A stretch of 64,000 nucleotides of DNA from positions 868,001 through 932,000 of the forward strand of contig JAQGDQ010000004.1 in assembly GCA_030141605.1 (NCBI GenBank), written 5' to 3'. This stretch comes from Tubiluchus corallicola (taxonomy: Eukaryota; Animalia; Priapulida). Every line of letters begins with the position of its first letter. The first letter of the stretch is position 1. Under the pieces are notes generated by a model. That model was not told where the DNA came from and did not search any database. It saw only the letters and a list, made by a program, of their open reading frames with translations. The translations under genes and the position numbers were made by a program. Below, in pieces: positions 1 through 13,800 of this stretch.

Positions 1-961
1 CTTAAATATTAATGGCAATTGGGATGGAACTGTTCGTTCACACTAATTAATATTTGCTGCTTGCGCTTCACTTATTAATTAACGATATCTGTGAGAAATA
101 TTTGTGTAAAAATCAATCATAATCGCGCGACGAGCTAATCTGCTGTTCAAATTCGTATCACTTCCCGTTTATCTTGTTTAGCTTCTTCTCCTGCAGAACA
201 TTTGCTCGCATAATCGGGTTTTTAAAGGATTTTAGTCTTCATAAATGCAAATTCCCCCGGCGACATACAGTCAAAGCTTACTAGTGATAGACATCTCAGC
301 TGTTTGGCTGCTGCCTGTGCACAAATAGTGGATGTTAAGAGGTTATTATTGATCCCTTGTGTGGATGCAATCAGTCAGATACAGCAACTAGCGCAACCTG
401 GCGCACACAGAATGAACAGCTAATTTGTGTCATGCTTCATTCTATGCCGACACTTTTTAGTATTCAAATACATATTGCCTAAGCCAATAAATAACACAAA
501 GAAAAGTAGTGCATGAATAGAAATAACAATAAACACCAAATCAGGTATTTTGGAAGAATTGTTGGCCAATTTGCCTTTTTGCAATGATCCAAATGTTGCT
601 TTGAATCAAAACCAAGGTTACAAATTGTAAAACAGTGCTTTTATTATTAATTTTAATAGGTTTCGTTTGTACAGTTTTAACTTTTGTACCGTAACTGTTT
701 CTGTAGGGATTATTATTTTTATCATAATCCTTCTGGTTTGTATCTAGGTAAATTTATCTGAAATTTGACTTCCTTTTTCTGTGCGTGTTCCTGAAATGGA
801 GCTATTTAAACAAAGGTTTTTGTTTAAAACCTTTAAAACAAATTAACTTGGTGTTAAAAATTTGTTAACCTTGCTAAATTGTTGCTGATAAATATTACAT
901 TACCTGACAGCACGTGTACATGCAACATTATCATTGGCTGAAGTTCTTTCCTTTCTCCTAG

Positions 962-1074
962 GTATCTGGAGAGAAAGTTAGTAAAGTTAGCTTAGTAGAT
1001 CTTGCTGGTAGTGAACGAGCACAGAAATCTGGTGCAATTGGTGAACGCTTGAAAGAAGGCAGCAACATAAATAA
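962..1074 (+). CDS. KIF13B: KIF13 exon (motor: [38 protein letters not shown])
   Basis: cctag acceptor, gtaagt donor, switch II motif; phase 0->2. Confidence 0.95.
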
Positions 1075-4000
1075 GTAAGTTCTGTAATTAACGCATTGCG
1101 CTTAGCAATATAATTGCTAAGTTCTTATTTTTTGTAGCACCATATTAATACATTTTTGTGTAGAACAGTTACTTTTTAAGTACCCAAGATATGTTTAATT
1201 TGCAATATACATATCTTTTCATCACCTTATTTTCGTCCACTAATGCAAATGTTGACCGTATTTTGCTTAGAATTGTTTTGCGATAAAAAAATATATTGTT
1301 AACAAGACTAATTTTGAACTTCAGTCCTTGGTCATTTTAGGACTTGGCTGTATTTGCTCTTTGTCAGCTGTAAACACTTTCTGTTAAGTCTTCTTTGGCT
1401 GGCATCTAGCGTTGTCATGCCACCAATTGTTTCTTAACCCTTTTCGCTTTAGCCCAGCTTTATGAAAGTGATCTCATATATTGGCAGTGGAGGGTCGTGA
1501 ACAGTATTTGGGACTTTTTTCTCATCTGCCTTTAATGTGCATCTACTTTTGCAACATCAACATGCAGCTACCCCTACTTTGTGTAACATGTACTTTATTT
1601 ACTATGATAAACAAAATTAAGATCTTTCTCGTGTTTCTTGTGTGCCAAGAATGACATTGTGTTAATATATTAGCAAAAGTAGACCTCTGATTATGACAGC
1701 TAAATTGGTCACTTCTTTTCTATTTTTTATTTACACTGTTTTGTTTATTTTTGCAATTGTCTGTAAAATGATGACCAGGCAATTATTAATTTATTATTCT
1801 GTGAATTACAAAGTGGGCAAATTCTGCTTTATCATATTTTTTCATGGAAAAAATTTCTATGCCTTTTAACACTATTAGTGAGCTTAGTGGATATTTAGGT
1901 TTAACAATCTTTTACTGATTGAGTAACTGGCCTGAAAAAATCTAATAAACAGAACATCAAACATGCCTGCAAGGAAATAGTTTGAAAATTTTTTTCCTTA
2001 TAATAGTTATTACATTAGCATTTGTTGAAAGTTAGCTGCATTCTTTAAAGTGCCTTGTTTTAAATAATACATTTTGTGCGCATCCACCTAGTGATCTATG
2101 GCCTTGTATGGCCACTAAATGTTCTAAGTTTAATTATTATCAACTATTTGGCACACTGTTGTAAGTTTTTGTCACTGTTGTATCACGTTGTTGTATTTTT
2201 AGTATATTGTTGTCATTTTTTTAAATTTTTGATCTTTTTGTTTCTGTATTATTAAAAATGCTTAAAATTTCATTCTTTCTATTCATGTATTGTGTAGCAG
2301 TCATTTGTGTATTTCGTGTTCCAAACGCAAGTGGTGAAGTTAACCCCCACATACATCTGATCATCCACACATCTATTCATTTTCTTCTGTTTAACTTCTT
2401 AATATGATAACTCTTCATAAGCCACCTCATGTTGTGTGAAGTTTAACACATAATGCATAAACTTGACTTTTTATCATCAGAAGTGAAATCAGTGTGAAAA
2501 GTTGTAATTTCCCCGAGCATATATTTTCAATACATTTATTTAACACAGTTCGCTGTCAATGAGAGAACTGTTTCCTTAAATTCCTTAAATTGTGTACTTT
2601 CTAGGTCTCTAACAACATTAGGATTAGTGATCTCAGCATTAGCCGACCAGTCATCTGGACATGGTAAACTAAAGAATAAGTTTGTCCCATACAGGGATTC
2701 TGTACTAACATGGCTGTTGAAGGTAAGATTTCCTTTTTGTGTACAATACTTAATCAATTAATCTGTCAGTTCTAGCTTATTGTAGTATAGACAACCAATT
2801 TGTACAGTTTGCTGATAATTTTGTCTAGTGCTTAAATGCTAAACACAAATAGCAATCATCTTCTATTTACTGAATTGTAACAGTACGATTTATCCATTTG
2901 CAAGTAACAAAACACAATAAAAAATTGTCTATCCTGTTACTTTGAAATCAGTTTATCTTTGGTTCCCTTGTACAGGTTTAAAAATTAAAAAATAAGTATG
3001 CTGTACATTCATAAGCCACTTAGCTAAAGTGTTTATCTTGAAATATGACTTGGACATTTTGGAACCTGAAAGCCATTTGATCTAGTGAAATGATGTTGTT
3101 GCTTAGGACAACCTTGGAGGCAACAGTAAAACTGTAATGGTTGCAACAATCAGTCCATCTGCCGATAACTATGAGGAAACTTTGTCGACTCTTCGCTATG
3201 CCGACAGGGCAAAACGCATCGTCAATCATGCTGTTGTTAATGAAGATCCGAATGCAAAAATTATTCGAGAATTACGAGAAGAAGTGGAGCTGTTGCGAGC
3301 ACAGTTGAATGAATCCATGGTGAGCTGTTTTTTTTTGCAAACTGTGTCTTCTAATAAATCAATAGTGTTGTCCATGAAGCGAGAAAGTTCACTAAAACAA
3401 GATGGAAACAATTTAATCATGAATCCATAGTAGGTAGATAAGCCATGCCAATTAATATTTTAATATCTTAAATGCCTTTAAGAAGTTCTGTTAAAGGTTC
3501 TAGACCAGTAAATGAATCCAAAGCCCATTCATTACCAATGGTACCAATGTGTATCAGTTTGTTTGACAACACTAGTCTGATAGCTATGTACCTGAGATAC
3601 ATTGCTTTTGTAACTATGAGCTAAGGCAATTTGGTAGCACTAGCTGCTGTGAGTGTGCAATGTAATAAAGTGAGAGGACAACAGGCAGCCAATCCAGAAA
3701 TGTGATTGCATGATTGTAGAATATGGATTTGAATCACTTTTTTATTTCGTAAACTGGTTTTAGTTAATATTTTTCTTACATGTTTGGTATCATTTTTAAA
3801 GGAAAATAGTATATTCCTTTATGAATAGTATGAACCATGGATCAAGACAATCTATGATCTAAATTAATGGAAAGGAAAATATTGACTTTTTAAGAATAAT
3901 TTACGTTAAATAATTATTACTGCAGAAACCTAATTTTGATATATTTTCGTTGTTGTACACTGTTGGTCAAAATACTTAGATGGGCAACAACACCTGCTTC

Positions 4001-7000
4001 TTGGCAATGTGTGCTGCACAACAGTACGCCCTGGTTGCAATCAGTAGAGCACGAATCAAGTTGTGACATCAATCTTGTGAAATCACACCTTATTTCAGTG
4101 ATGAAATTTAAAATTTTGAACTTAAAAAAATTGTCGTTTTGTGATTCATATTTGTGCTTGTTCATAAAATTCACATTTTAAATGGTAAGGTAAAAAAGTA
4201 CGATAGTCTGAAAAGTTACCCTGTTTTCTTTGAGTATTGGTACCTTACCTTTCTATCTTATATAAACATGCATACTTTGTACATGTTTATGTGGCTGCTG
4301 CAAAAGATGGCACTAGTAGTATATGTGGAAGCTTTACTAAATGTATGTTTTTTATTTGCACTATATTAGCAAACAGCATAATGTTGAATTTACCAATCCT
4401 AATGGGCACTTTGTTAATGTGTACAAAATATGCTTGCAGTGGCCAATGAATCTGTTTGCATAATTTCTGCCAGACGTTTATTCCTTGTACTCATGTGTGA
4501 GAAGCCAGCCAATAGATGGCGCTAAAAAGCTACCAAAGACAGCAGCCAAGACTACTTGTCAAGGCTTCATGCGTGAAGAACAATAGTTGTGTCTAGTCCT
4601 CAGCTGAGTGTTCTTTACTATTAATAGTTTTTGGGATTAATGACTTGTATCATAACTTTATTTTAATAGCAAGCAGACGACTTAAAGGAGAGATTACTGG
4701 AATCCGAAAAACTTGTCACTGAGCTGAGTCGAACTTGGGAGGACAAGCTGGAGCAAACAGAGCGAGTTCATCGGGTAAGTAAAGTGTGTTTTTGAACGTT
4801 TGTGTGCCCCTTTGTTTCTCATAAATTGAATTTTTAGTTATGTGAGCTTTAATTTATTTTGACCAAATTAGTTGATGTCTTGCTTAATGTTTTTATAAGA
4901 ATTAACTTAATTTAAATGTTTCTTTTGAAAATTACAATTACACCTGCAAAATCAGAACCTACATAATCTACTTGCCTGTTGAAGCATTCTTTGTATTGAT
5001 TGGTGATATTGTTGTTCTGTAGAGATTCAGAACCTAATACTGTAATTGTAGATGATCTTACCACCTAGTTATTAGAATATTAAGGCTGAACCTATGAATT
5101 TAGATTATCTTGCTGCTAATCATAGAAATGATTTGGGGGTTATCAGTGAGAAGCTGATGTGTGTTTGAGTGGCAGTATTCTTCACGCAATAAGTTTTGAA
5201 AGAGCTGATTTTCGAATCTTTTCATAAAAATTTGTTCCTTATTTTCCATTAGTGAGGAGACTTTTTTGCCCAGACCAATAGTGCCTAAATTAATTAGATG
5301 GCTCCATTTATAAAAATTTCATATTCCTGTGTTATTTTAATATACTTAGCTGACCGTTTTTGATTAAAACCATATGTATGTTGTATAATGTGAATAGCTG
5401 GACTTTTTCCAATTGAGAAGAGCATATTGCTATGTTTTCCACATTTTGTTGAACAGCTTAAAGGTTTAGTTTAAACTCAATTTCAAATGATAGATTTTTA
5501 AACATAACAACGTCACTAGTAATAATCCAGCGTCGTTGTACAATTAAAAAGGAAAAAAAACACCACATTTTTAAAAAAGTGAAAAGCTAAAGAATGTCTG
5601 TTTCTATTTTCATCATTTTCTCAGTTTTGTTTTTAATAGGTGGCACCTTGCATGTCGAATATTAGGTATGAGGCCTAAGTATTTTATTAATAGTACCTTG
5701 TATAGGTTTAAAATTTGTTTTTTTAATTGAAAAATTAGTACTTTATGATGTGGGAGCTATTAGCTAACATGCAAATATTTTTTTTCAAAAATTTGTGTTA
5801 GTAAATCATTCAGAAATTCACACTAGCTTCCTTGGTAGATGTATTATTTTCTTTCATGCCTGAAAGACAAGTTGTAAAATATGATCAATAAACTTTCAGC
5901 TCGTTAATCTTGTTTAACTCTTTTGCTACAATAAGCAATTCGTCTGCACGATTAACCACACAGACTTGGGTTTTTGCCACATGCTGCTTCACAGATGAGA
6001 CCTGGGTTTAATAGACTGATATGCAGAGCTACTATAAATACTTAAAATCTTGTGGCAAAAAATTGCTTTACATAGTCAGGAAAGGCTTTTTTTGAGGCAT
6101 ATAAAGGGCAACTCAGGTTTGTTTCACATTTGCCTAAAATTGTGTAAAACTGTGGACAGTGTCTTTATTTATAACATAAAAAAGTCACCGTTGCTGTAGA
6201 AACCGACATTAACACTGAAAAAATGAAACTTGCCCATGTTTAGCATGTCCTTTGTTAACAGTCTTGCAATTTCTTTTACTGTTTGCGTCACATCAGTATT
6301 TCTTCAGTGATTCTGAACTATGTGATAAGTATACCTCGCCCTGAGCCAAAATCAGGGCTTACGTTATCAGGACAAACAAAGTGGATTTCAAATAAAGCTG
6401 AAGCCAATTGCCTATCTATCGATGTCTAAATATTTCAGCCTCTGCAATTGCACACACGTAAGATATAAGTCGCTTAATCGAGTAATTGTTAGGTTTCATA
6501 AGTGTATCTAATGATAATATGTAGAATTGGCTGTCTAGTTACAATTACAATTGATTTTGGTTACCAGTTTGCCTTAAAATATCGATTTCAGTGTTTTGCA
6601 TGGCCCTGTTGTGACATGCCAGTACTAGAGGAAGTGACAGCTTTATCAAGAGTCCATATAGTTGCAATGACTTTGACCAATAAGAGCTGGGAGTCATTAC
6701 ACTGTGACTATAAATAATGGCTGTCGTGGCAGGTAGACAGTAAGTTTAATGCACTCAGTTTTTTTTGTCCCAATTGTTTTGTGTTAATAACTTTTCCTTG
6801 TGGATTGAACTTTACAGTGTGCAATTGTTATTTATTGTTTGTAGCCGCAGAGTGATGACTCCCATCTCTTTACTGGTCAAAGTCATTGCAACTATATGTA
6901 TATGTATGTGTATGCATATGTATGTGTATGTGTATATGAATGTAGAAAAAAGTACTTGAAAAATACCTTCTTAATAGTAAAAAACAGTTCCTCTTAAATT

Positions 7001-7704
7001 CTGATTATTTTTTATAAATAATTTACACATAGCATTAAACTCATTAATATTGTCATTTATATCTTATTTTTGTTTTGATAATTTGTAGAAGATTACTAGG
7101 GATTGCATATCATTGCTTAAGTTATGATTGGTTCTTTTTGCTGTCACTGTAACATAATGAATTATAATATTTTTAAATCAAACATTCTTTTATCAATCTA
7201 ACTGCAAATATACATAACATTATATATTAGTTACCTCAGTTTTTTAGAAAGTACTAATTTAGGAAATCAGGCTGGTTAAATTAATTTTTGTCTGTACCTC
7301 ATTACTCACTAGTGCTGCCTGTGATCATTTAATTTCAACATATTAAAAGGATGGATGACCTTATGGTCGGCTCGCTATCCTCTCTCCTTTTCACTTATTT
7401 ACCTGTATACTATTCAACTATTGCACCCTTGCAGTCTGGTAGTGGTTACTGTACATTTGTAAATTGGAGAAAACATAAATTTTAATTCAATTTTCTTTTT
7501 TTTTTGTTTGATTTTAATCCTTTAGATCTGTAACATATATGTCTTTTTCTAATGTGAAATTTTTTGTAAGTGTTTGTCTTTTGTACCCAATAAATCATAA
7601 ATATGTTTTGTGCATGTGTGCGTGCATGTACAGCCGCTAGTTAATCGCCAGCATGGATCAAAGGGTATATAAACCAGGATTTTGCTAGTCAGTCGGGGGG
7701 AGGG

Positions 7705-7776
<72 letters not shown>

Positions 7777-7778
7777 CG

Positions 7779-7819
<41 letters not shown>

Positions 7820-10800
7820 TCTGCTGTTGATCAATGATTTACTAGATTTCATACTTTCTGAGTTTGCTATCTGTGGTGACCATGCTACTCTGTAAAACAG
7901 TTATAGATCGTTATCCATTCTAAGTGCCTTATGTTCTGGAAAGTAATCTTAAATAAACATGATAAATATATCGATTTCTGTGTTTTACATGGCCCTGCCA
8001 TGTCATGCCAGTGTTATAGGAAGTGACACCATTATCAAGAGTCCATGTAGTTGCAATGACCTTGACCAGTAAAGAGCTGAGAGTCATTACGCTGTAGCTA
8101 TAAATTACGGCTGTCGTGGCAGGTAGACAGTAAGTTTAGTGCACTCCGTTTCTTTAATAGTTTCTAACTAAAGTAGAGTTAGTCGAGCAATAAATAATCA
8201 AAATTTGATTTATATGTACCACTTTCGAAATGGTGACCATAAATACGAAAATCTATCATTCTCGTAAACCGCCAATAACGTAAACACATTCTCTTGATGA
8301 GTTTGCAGAAAAGCAAGAGAACAATGGTGGACATTAACTTTGTTGCACATGCAGCACTTTAAAACTGAACTGATTTCACAAAAGGTTAATTAACTTTTGT
8401 TTGTTTTGTTTTTTTGTAAAATAATGAAATCTGAAGATTTCTTTTGAAAATGTCTGAAAGTTTTGCATAGTTTTAAATGGGAAATTTGCTTAAATCAATC
8501 CAGTATCCTGTGGGTCGGTTACTCAGCAATAACTGGCACTGCGTTTACTTTGGTTAATGCTTGGGATTGGCCATGTTTCAACATTTAAAAATGCAAGGGT
8601 AGTTGAATATTCACAAAATCTGGTGTGATGAAGACAGCTTTTGTCAGAGATATGTAAACTATGACTTTCATTTCTTCACCTTTTTCTGTGTAATTATACA
8701 CTAGTATTAAAAATAATAAAATAGTACTAATTTTCTGGAACTGAATTTATGCACTATGAAGCACATCCCTAAGTGCTGTTACTGGCTACTTCACAAACAA
8801 ATCTAAAGTTTTCTACTCGGCCTTCACTTTAACTTTGACAGAAAGGATGCAGTAACACTCATACGAATCTTCAGTATTTTTCCCAGAAATGTTACAAACC
8901 AAAATTTTCGCAAAATATAGCAGAACTATCAAAGCTATAGCAAAATATCACCTTAATCAGCCAGCAACATTATTTTGGCAGCAAAATTTTCAAAAATTTG
9001 TAACACTGCACGTAAACTACTCGTATGATCTAAAACACAGAAATGCACTAATTCATACTAATTACAATTTGCCTTTTTGAAAATAGAAACTTTTTAGAGA
9101 ATCTCCTTACACATTTAGAAATTGAAAACACTAAATGACGTTTTTCTGGTTGCAAACTGCATCACAGTTGGAACACAACTATCCTTATGCAAAACTGGTT
9201 GCCTAATATTTCCTTTTCAGCTTGTAATTTGGTGCTGTCCTTCACTTTGTATTGAATGTCAAGTTTTAACCAATTCAGCATAATATTGGATGCTATTGGA
9301 GACTTTTAGAAATTTACAGAAACCTCTGACATCAAAGGCATGCAAATTTAACATCAGAATTCTGTCTACGGTAGATATGATGACAGCCTTTTCGTGCGCT
9401 GAAGCCTTGATTGGGTTAGTCTCTTGTTCTGCTGCATAGCTACTGCACTCATTAGCATAAATGTCTTCTGAACGATTATAAATTGAGTTTTTGTCATCCT
9501 GATAGCTGTGACGTAAAGAGATGAGTGGCATGTAGGGGCAGGGTAACACTTAAAAACCATAAGAAAAATCTCTGTTAATTTTTTTTATTACAGGTTTTTG
9601 TAGCAGAATTAGTTGTTTTACTATAGTTACCTAGTCTTTGCAAAGACCAGTTGTTTAGATTTTCAGTGTTGTCGTAGTGAGTAAATTATACTTCTTACTA
9701 CCGTCATCACAATCCTTGCCATTCTATCAATTATTATCATTATTTGTCATCATCGTTGTTCTATTTTTATAAGTATTAGCAGAAGCATCATCTTTGCCAT
9801 TATTGACACTAACATCATACAGTTGCAGGAGCAACATTTTCCTTTGCATCATCGTCTTTCTCTTTATCAGCAATTTTTACTTTTTCACCGTACAGTTAGA
9901 ATCTAAAATCAGTGAACAGTCGTTGATAAAGAAGGATTTTGTAAGAAACTTAGTACTTGGTTCACCCTATGGGCAGCATCATTGTAGGTGAACACACTCA
10001 TTACACTAAGAGCGATATCTTCTGAGCCATACAAAGTGGATACTGTGATTGATTGTTTATTGGAAATCTGACTCAGTGGCATCCATCTCTGTTGGACTGG
10101 TGGCTTCCCTTGCGTAGGAAGCCAAAGATTTAAATTTTGCGAGCGTTTGTGTGTAGGCAGTAGGCTGGGCTGTTTGTTTCAGTTTCCTGTGGAACTAGAG
10201 GGCAAGTGTGTCGAATGATTAATTATTCATTAGTGAGAATTGGTTATTGAACATCTGGTCAAAGTGGTGTTTGCTTACTTCTTGGGGTGAAGTAATAGCA
10301 GCTGATTTATTCTTGCAGCAGTGCAGTAATTTACTGTTTATTTTAACAAATTTGTCAATACGTTTCATGAAGCCAAACGGAGTAAAAGTTAACCAGTAAG
10401 ACCATTTTACTTGAATACAGCTCACTAATATTAGAAAAGATTAACAGTTTTTCAATTAGATTAATTTTACAAAATTGAATTTAAAAAATTTTACGTTCAA
10501 AATTCAATAATAATTTTAAAAAAAATTTTAAACTGATTAAGTTTACTAACAACTGTTTTTGAAAACGATAGTGTTCATTTGAGTGTATTTTACCTATTAT
10601 TATGACATGATAAAAAATGAGAGGCACAATGCAATATATTTCTTCTACTCATTTTCTCTTACAGTCAATTTTCTGGTGTGTATGATCATTATCAGGGATG
10701 TTCTGGAGCCTCAGGCCGCTAGAGTCAGAATGCTGACATTTTTTTACTTCAAATAATGTTTTTAATAGAAATTTCTATAAACTATACATGTGTCTTTTTT

Positions 10801-13800
10801 TGTTGGTTGAAGAGTTTAGAGTTCGAAAAAGTGACCATATTTGCTTTTTTGTATCAGTTTTTGCAGATGTTTTCTCACTTTTTTATAGTGTGAAACTCTT
10901 AACCCAAGAAATTCCACAGTATGGGCTGTGATTGCATATATTTAAGAAACCATTTGATGTAGTGTTAAACTATCTATTCATTGAGTTAACAACTGTTTGG
11001 CTTCACTGTATTTGTATAAGAGCACTGGGGTTGCCAGCTAAATTAGCAGAATGGTTGAGAGGAGGAAGGATGCGATTTATTAACTTGCTCATTAGCTGAA
11101 ATCAGACAGCACCCTATTCACTGATGTTGTGTACAAAATAAATCAGAAGATAGGCTGCTCATAAATTGTAGGTTTTATGCACTTGACGTGTGTATATTCA
11201 TTACCCTACAGAATCAAATTCACAGGACATAGCGGTCTTGTGTCTCAAACTCACGAAAACCAAGATGGTTGCCAGCATTTTTACGAAATTGTCAAATTTA
11301 CTAATTTGTCAAAAATAAGTATGTTTATCAAATGTTGGCAGGCATCTTGGTTTTTGTGACATTTTGTGACCTTGAAAACATGATTTTTGGAGACTTTGAC
11401 TGTGCATTTATTATGAGGTTGTAATACATTTTTATACTCTGCATGGCTTCGTTTAGGCAAAATGAGCACGTTTATTACAATATTGGCAACCGTATTATTT
11501 TCCACAATTTTGGCACATCACAATTGAGTAGATCCAATGTTAACATGTTTTTTCTACTCACTGGCACCAAGATGTTAGAAAAAAATTGGTGGCGGAGTGT
11601 AGTGTGCAGTCTCACCTCCTAGCATAGCTCCCAGACTATTAGCACTTGAACCACAAATAGCAGAGCCATCCACCGGCCTGGTCTGTTTCAGAAATAAATC
11701 TAGGTTTACACACATTTGGCTGATTGTGTTTTACCTGGTTTAGACAGTACCTGTTTGCTTTACAAATCGATTTAAAAATCGTGTTAGTGACTAAAATATA
11801 TGGACTACTTTTTACGCGTAGCTGGACATGATTAGGTACAAAAGTACCATAACAAACTTCATTTACAATTGCCTTAGATTTAAAAGGAGTTACGGAAAAT
11901 AGCAATTGCATGCACTGGCTACTACATGTATATGCACAAATTACTTGTTTCCCACGGTGATTTTCACAAATTTATCAGCATCATCACTGAAAAAATTATC
12001 TATTACCATTATTATTGTGAAATATAGACCTTATAGTGACAGAATTTCATCTTAGTTTTCTACTAACGGTCAAGGAAAATCTGTAGACTAACAGCCTAAT
12101 GAACTAAGAAGACCAGAAAAAAATGTCATTATATGAAGCCTGTTCTGCAAATCTGCCTCAAGGGATTTACTGCTTGGTATCTCTTAATGTTTCTAACCAT
12201 CTCTTCGTATTTCTTCCACATCTTGGCTCATGATTTTGGTGTTCACTGGCTGTGCTGGCTCTTTGCAGATATTGATCTACCATTTGCAATTGTAATGCTA
12301 GGTTTTGATACCAACTTTATCGAACTTTGTCATTGATTGCTATAACGTTCTTGTAGAAAGTAATTTTCCTGGAGAGCGGTGGACTGTCTTGGAATGACAA
12401 GTAGCTGTGAGCTGTGCTTTGTTGTAGTAAGACACAGCAAGCTAACATGTGCTTTATGCAAACTGCTAGTTTTAGAGACTAACACAAACGTTCTGTTTGT
12501 AGAACAGAAGTGCACAAAAATTTGGCAGTGTTTAACTGAGCTAAATGACGGCATAGTCATAGGATTATGTCGATAGTCGTGGAATTAACTGGATTGTTTG
12601 TTGTCAAACTATCCAGACCTGCTTGTCAGACTAGCTGTGGGATTAGAACCAATAAAACGAGCAATTGGATAATGTTATTCTCCGCTATCGTGTACTGTTA
12701 GCCAGCTTTAGATGCTCTAATCGCTTCGCAGTAAACCTGTAAATCTGCCAAAAAAGCTGGATTGTGGAAACGCATTTACTTTTTTATCTGACTACAGAAT
12801 TACGGTGATATAAGATAGGTTTTGCACTTTGTAGTTTTCCTGCCAGTCCTTTAAAACACGTGAAGTCTATAAACTAAATTCCCTATGTAGCGGAAGCTAC
12901 AAAAATTTGGCAGTGTTTAACTGAGCTAAATGACGGCATAGTCATAGGATTATGTCGATAGTCGTGGAATTAACTGGATTGTTTGTTGTCAAACTATCCA
13001 GACCTGCTTGTCAGACTAGCTGTGGGATTAGAACCAATAAAACGAGCAATTGGATAATGTTATTCTCCGCTATCGTGTACTGTTAGCCAGCTTTAGATGC
13101 TCTAATCGCTTCGCAGTAAACCTGTAAATCTGCCAAAAAAGCTGGATTGTGGAAACGCATTTACTTTTTTATCTGACTACAGAATTACGGTGATATAAGA
13201 TAGGTTTTGCACTTTGTAGTTTTCCTGCCAGTCCTTTAAAACACGTGAAGTCTATAAACTAAATTCCCTATGTAGCGGAAGCAGATGTCCTGCAAAACAA
13301 AATTACTATATGATTAATTAAGTTAGCCATAAATTCCATAATCTATCTAGCATCAGGCTTTCAATATTCAGTTAAACGTGCAGGTCAAAATTTTGTTTTT
13401 GTGTAATCTGCTAATTAGGCAAAAAATATGGAATATTATGAAGGGGAAGAATAATTAATCATCTTATGTCAGGTAACAGTCTGTATTTCTGTGTGTGGGT
13501 GTTTGCTGATTTGGGAGACTAGAGAGGTCAAAGCACCACCACTTACCATTTTAATTGTTGTATTATTAATTACTATTAGTTTTGCTCTCCACTTAATTCA
13601 GGCATTGTAGGAATGTGGCTGCCTTGTTGTATAATAGAGCAAGATTAGTTCCTAAGCTACAACAGGAGGACTGAAGCACTTCTAGAGTATTTACTAAATC
13701 AATGTGTGTGTACTGTGTAAGCTTCCTTTTCTCTAATAAAAAATTACTATTCCTTGATAATGTGGGTATGAGTAATGGGGGATTATCTTGTGCAAGAAAA

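Noticed and set aside
7549-7797. ORF with poly(LS)
   Set aside because: Translation of the (GA)n/(TA)n microsatellite.
9377-9435. C/D snoRNA-like ATGATGA...CTGA
   Set aside because: No terminal D box at the proper distance, no terminal stem, no rRNA complementarity that I could recognise.
9259-9549. 96-aa minus-strand ORF as a nested gene in the KIF13 intron
   Set aside because: No recognisable motif, no convincing splice partners, non-ATG start in the track.
12523-12545. miR-34-like TGGCAGTGT seed in the duplicated unit; also miR-71-like TGAAAGACA at 5861
   Set aside because: Only seed-level similarity, with no pre-miRNA star arm.
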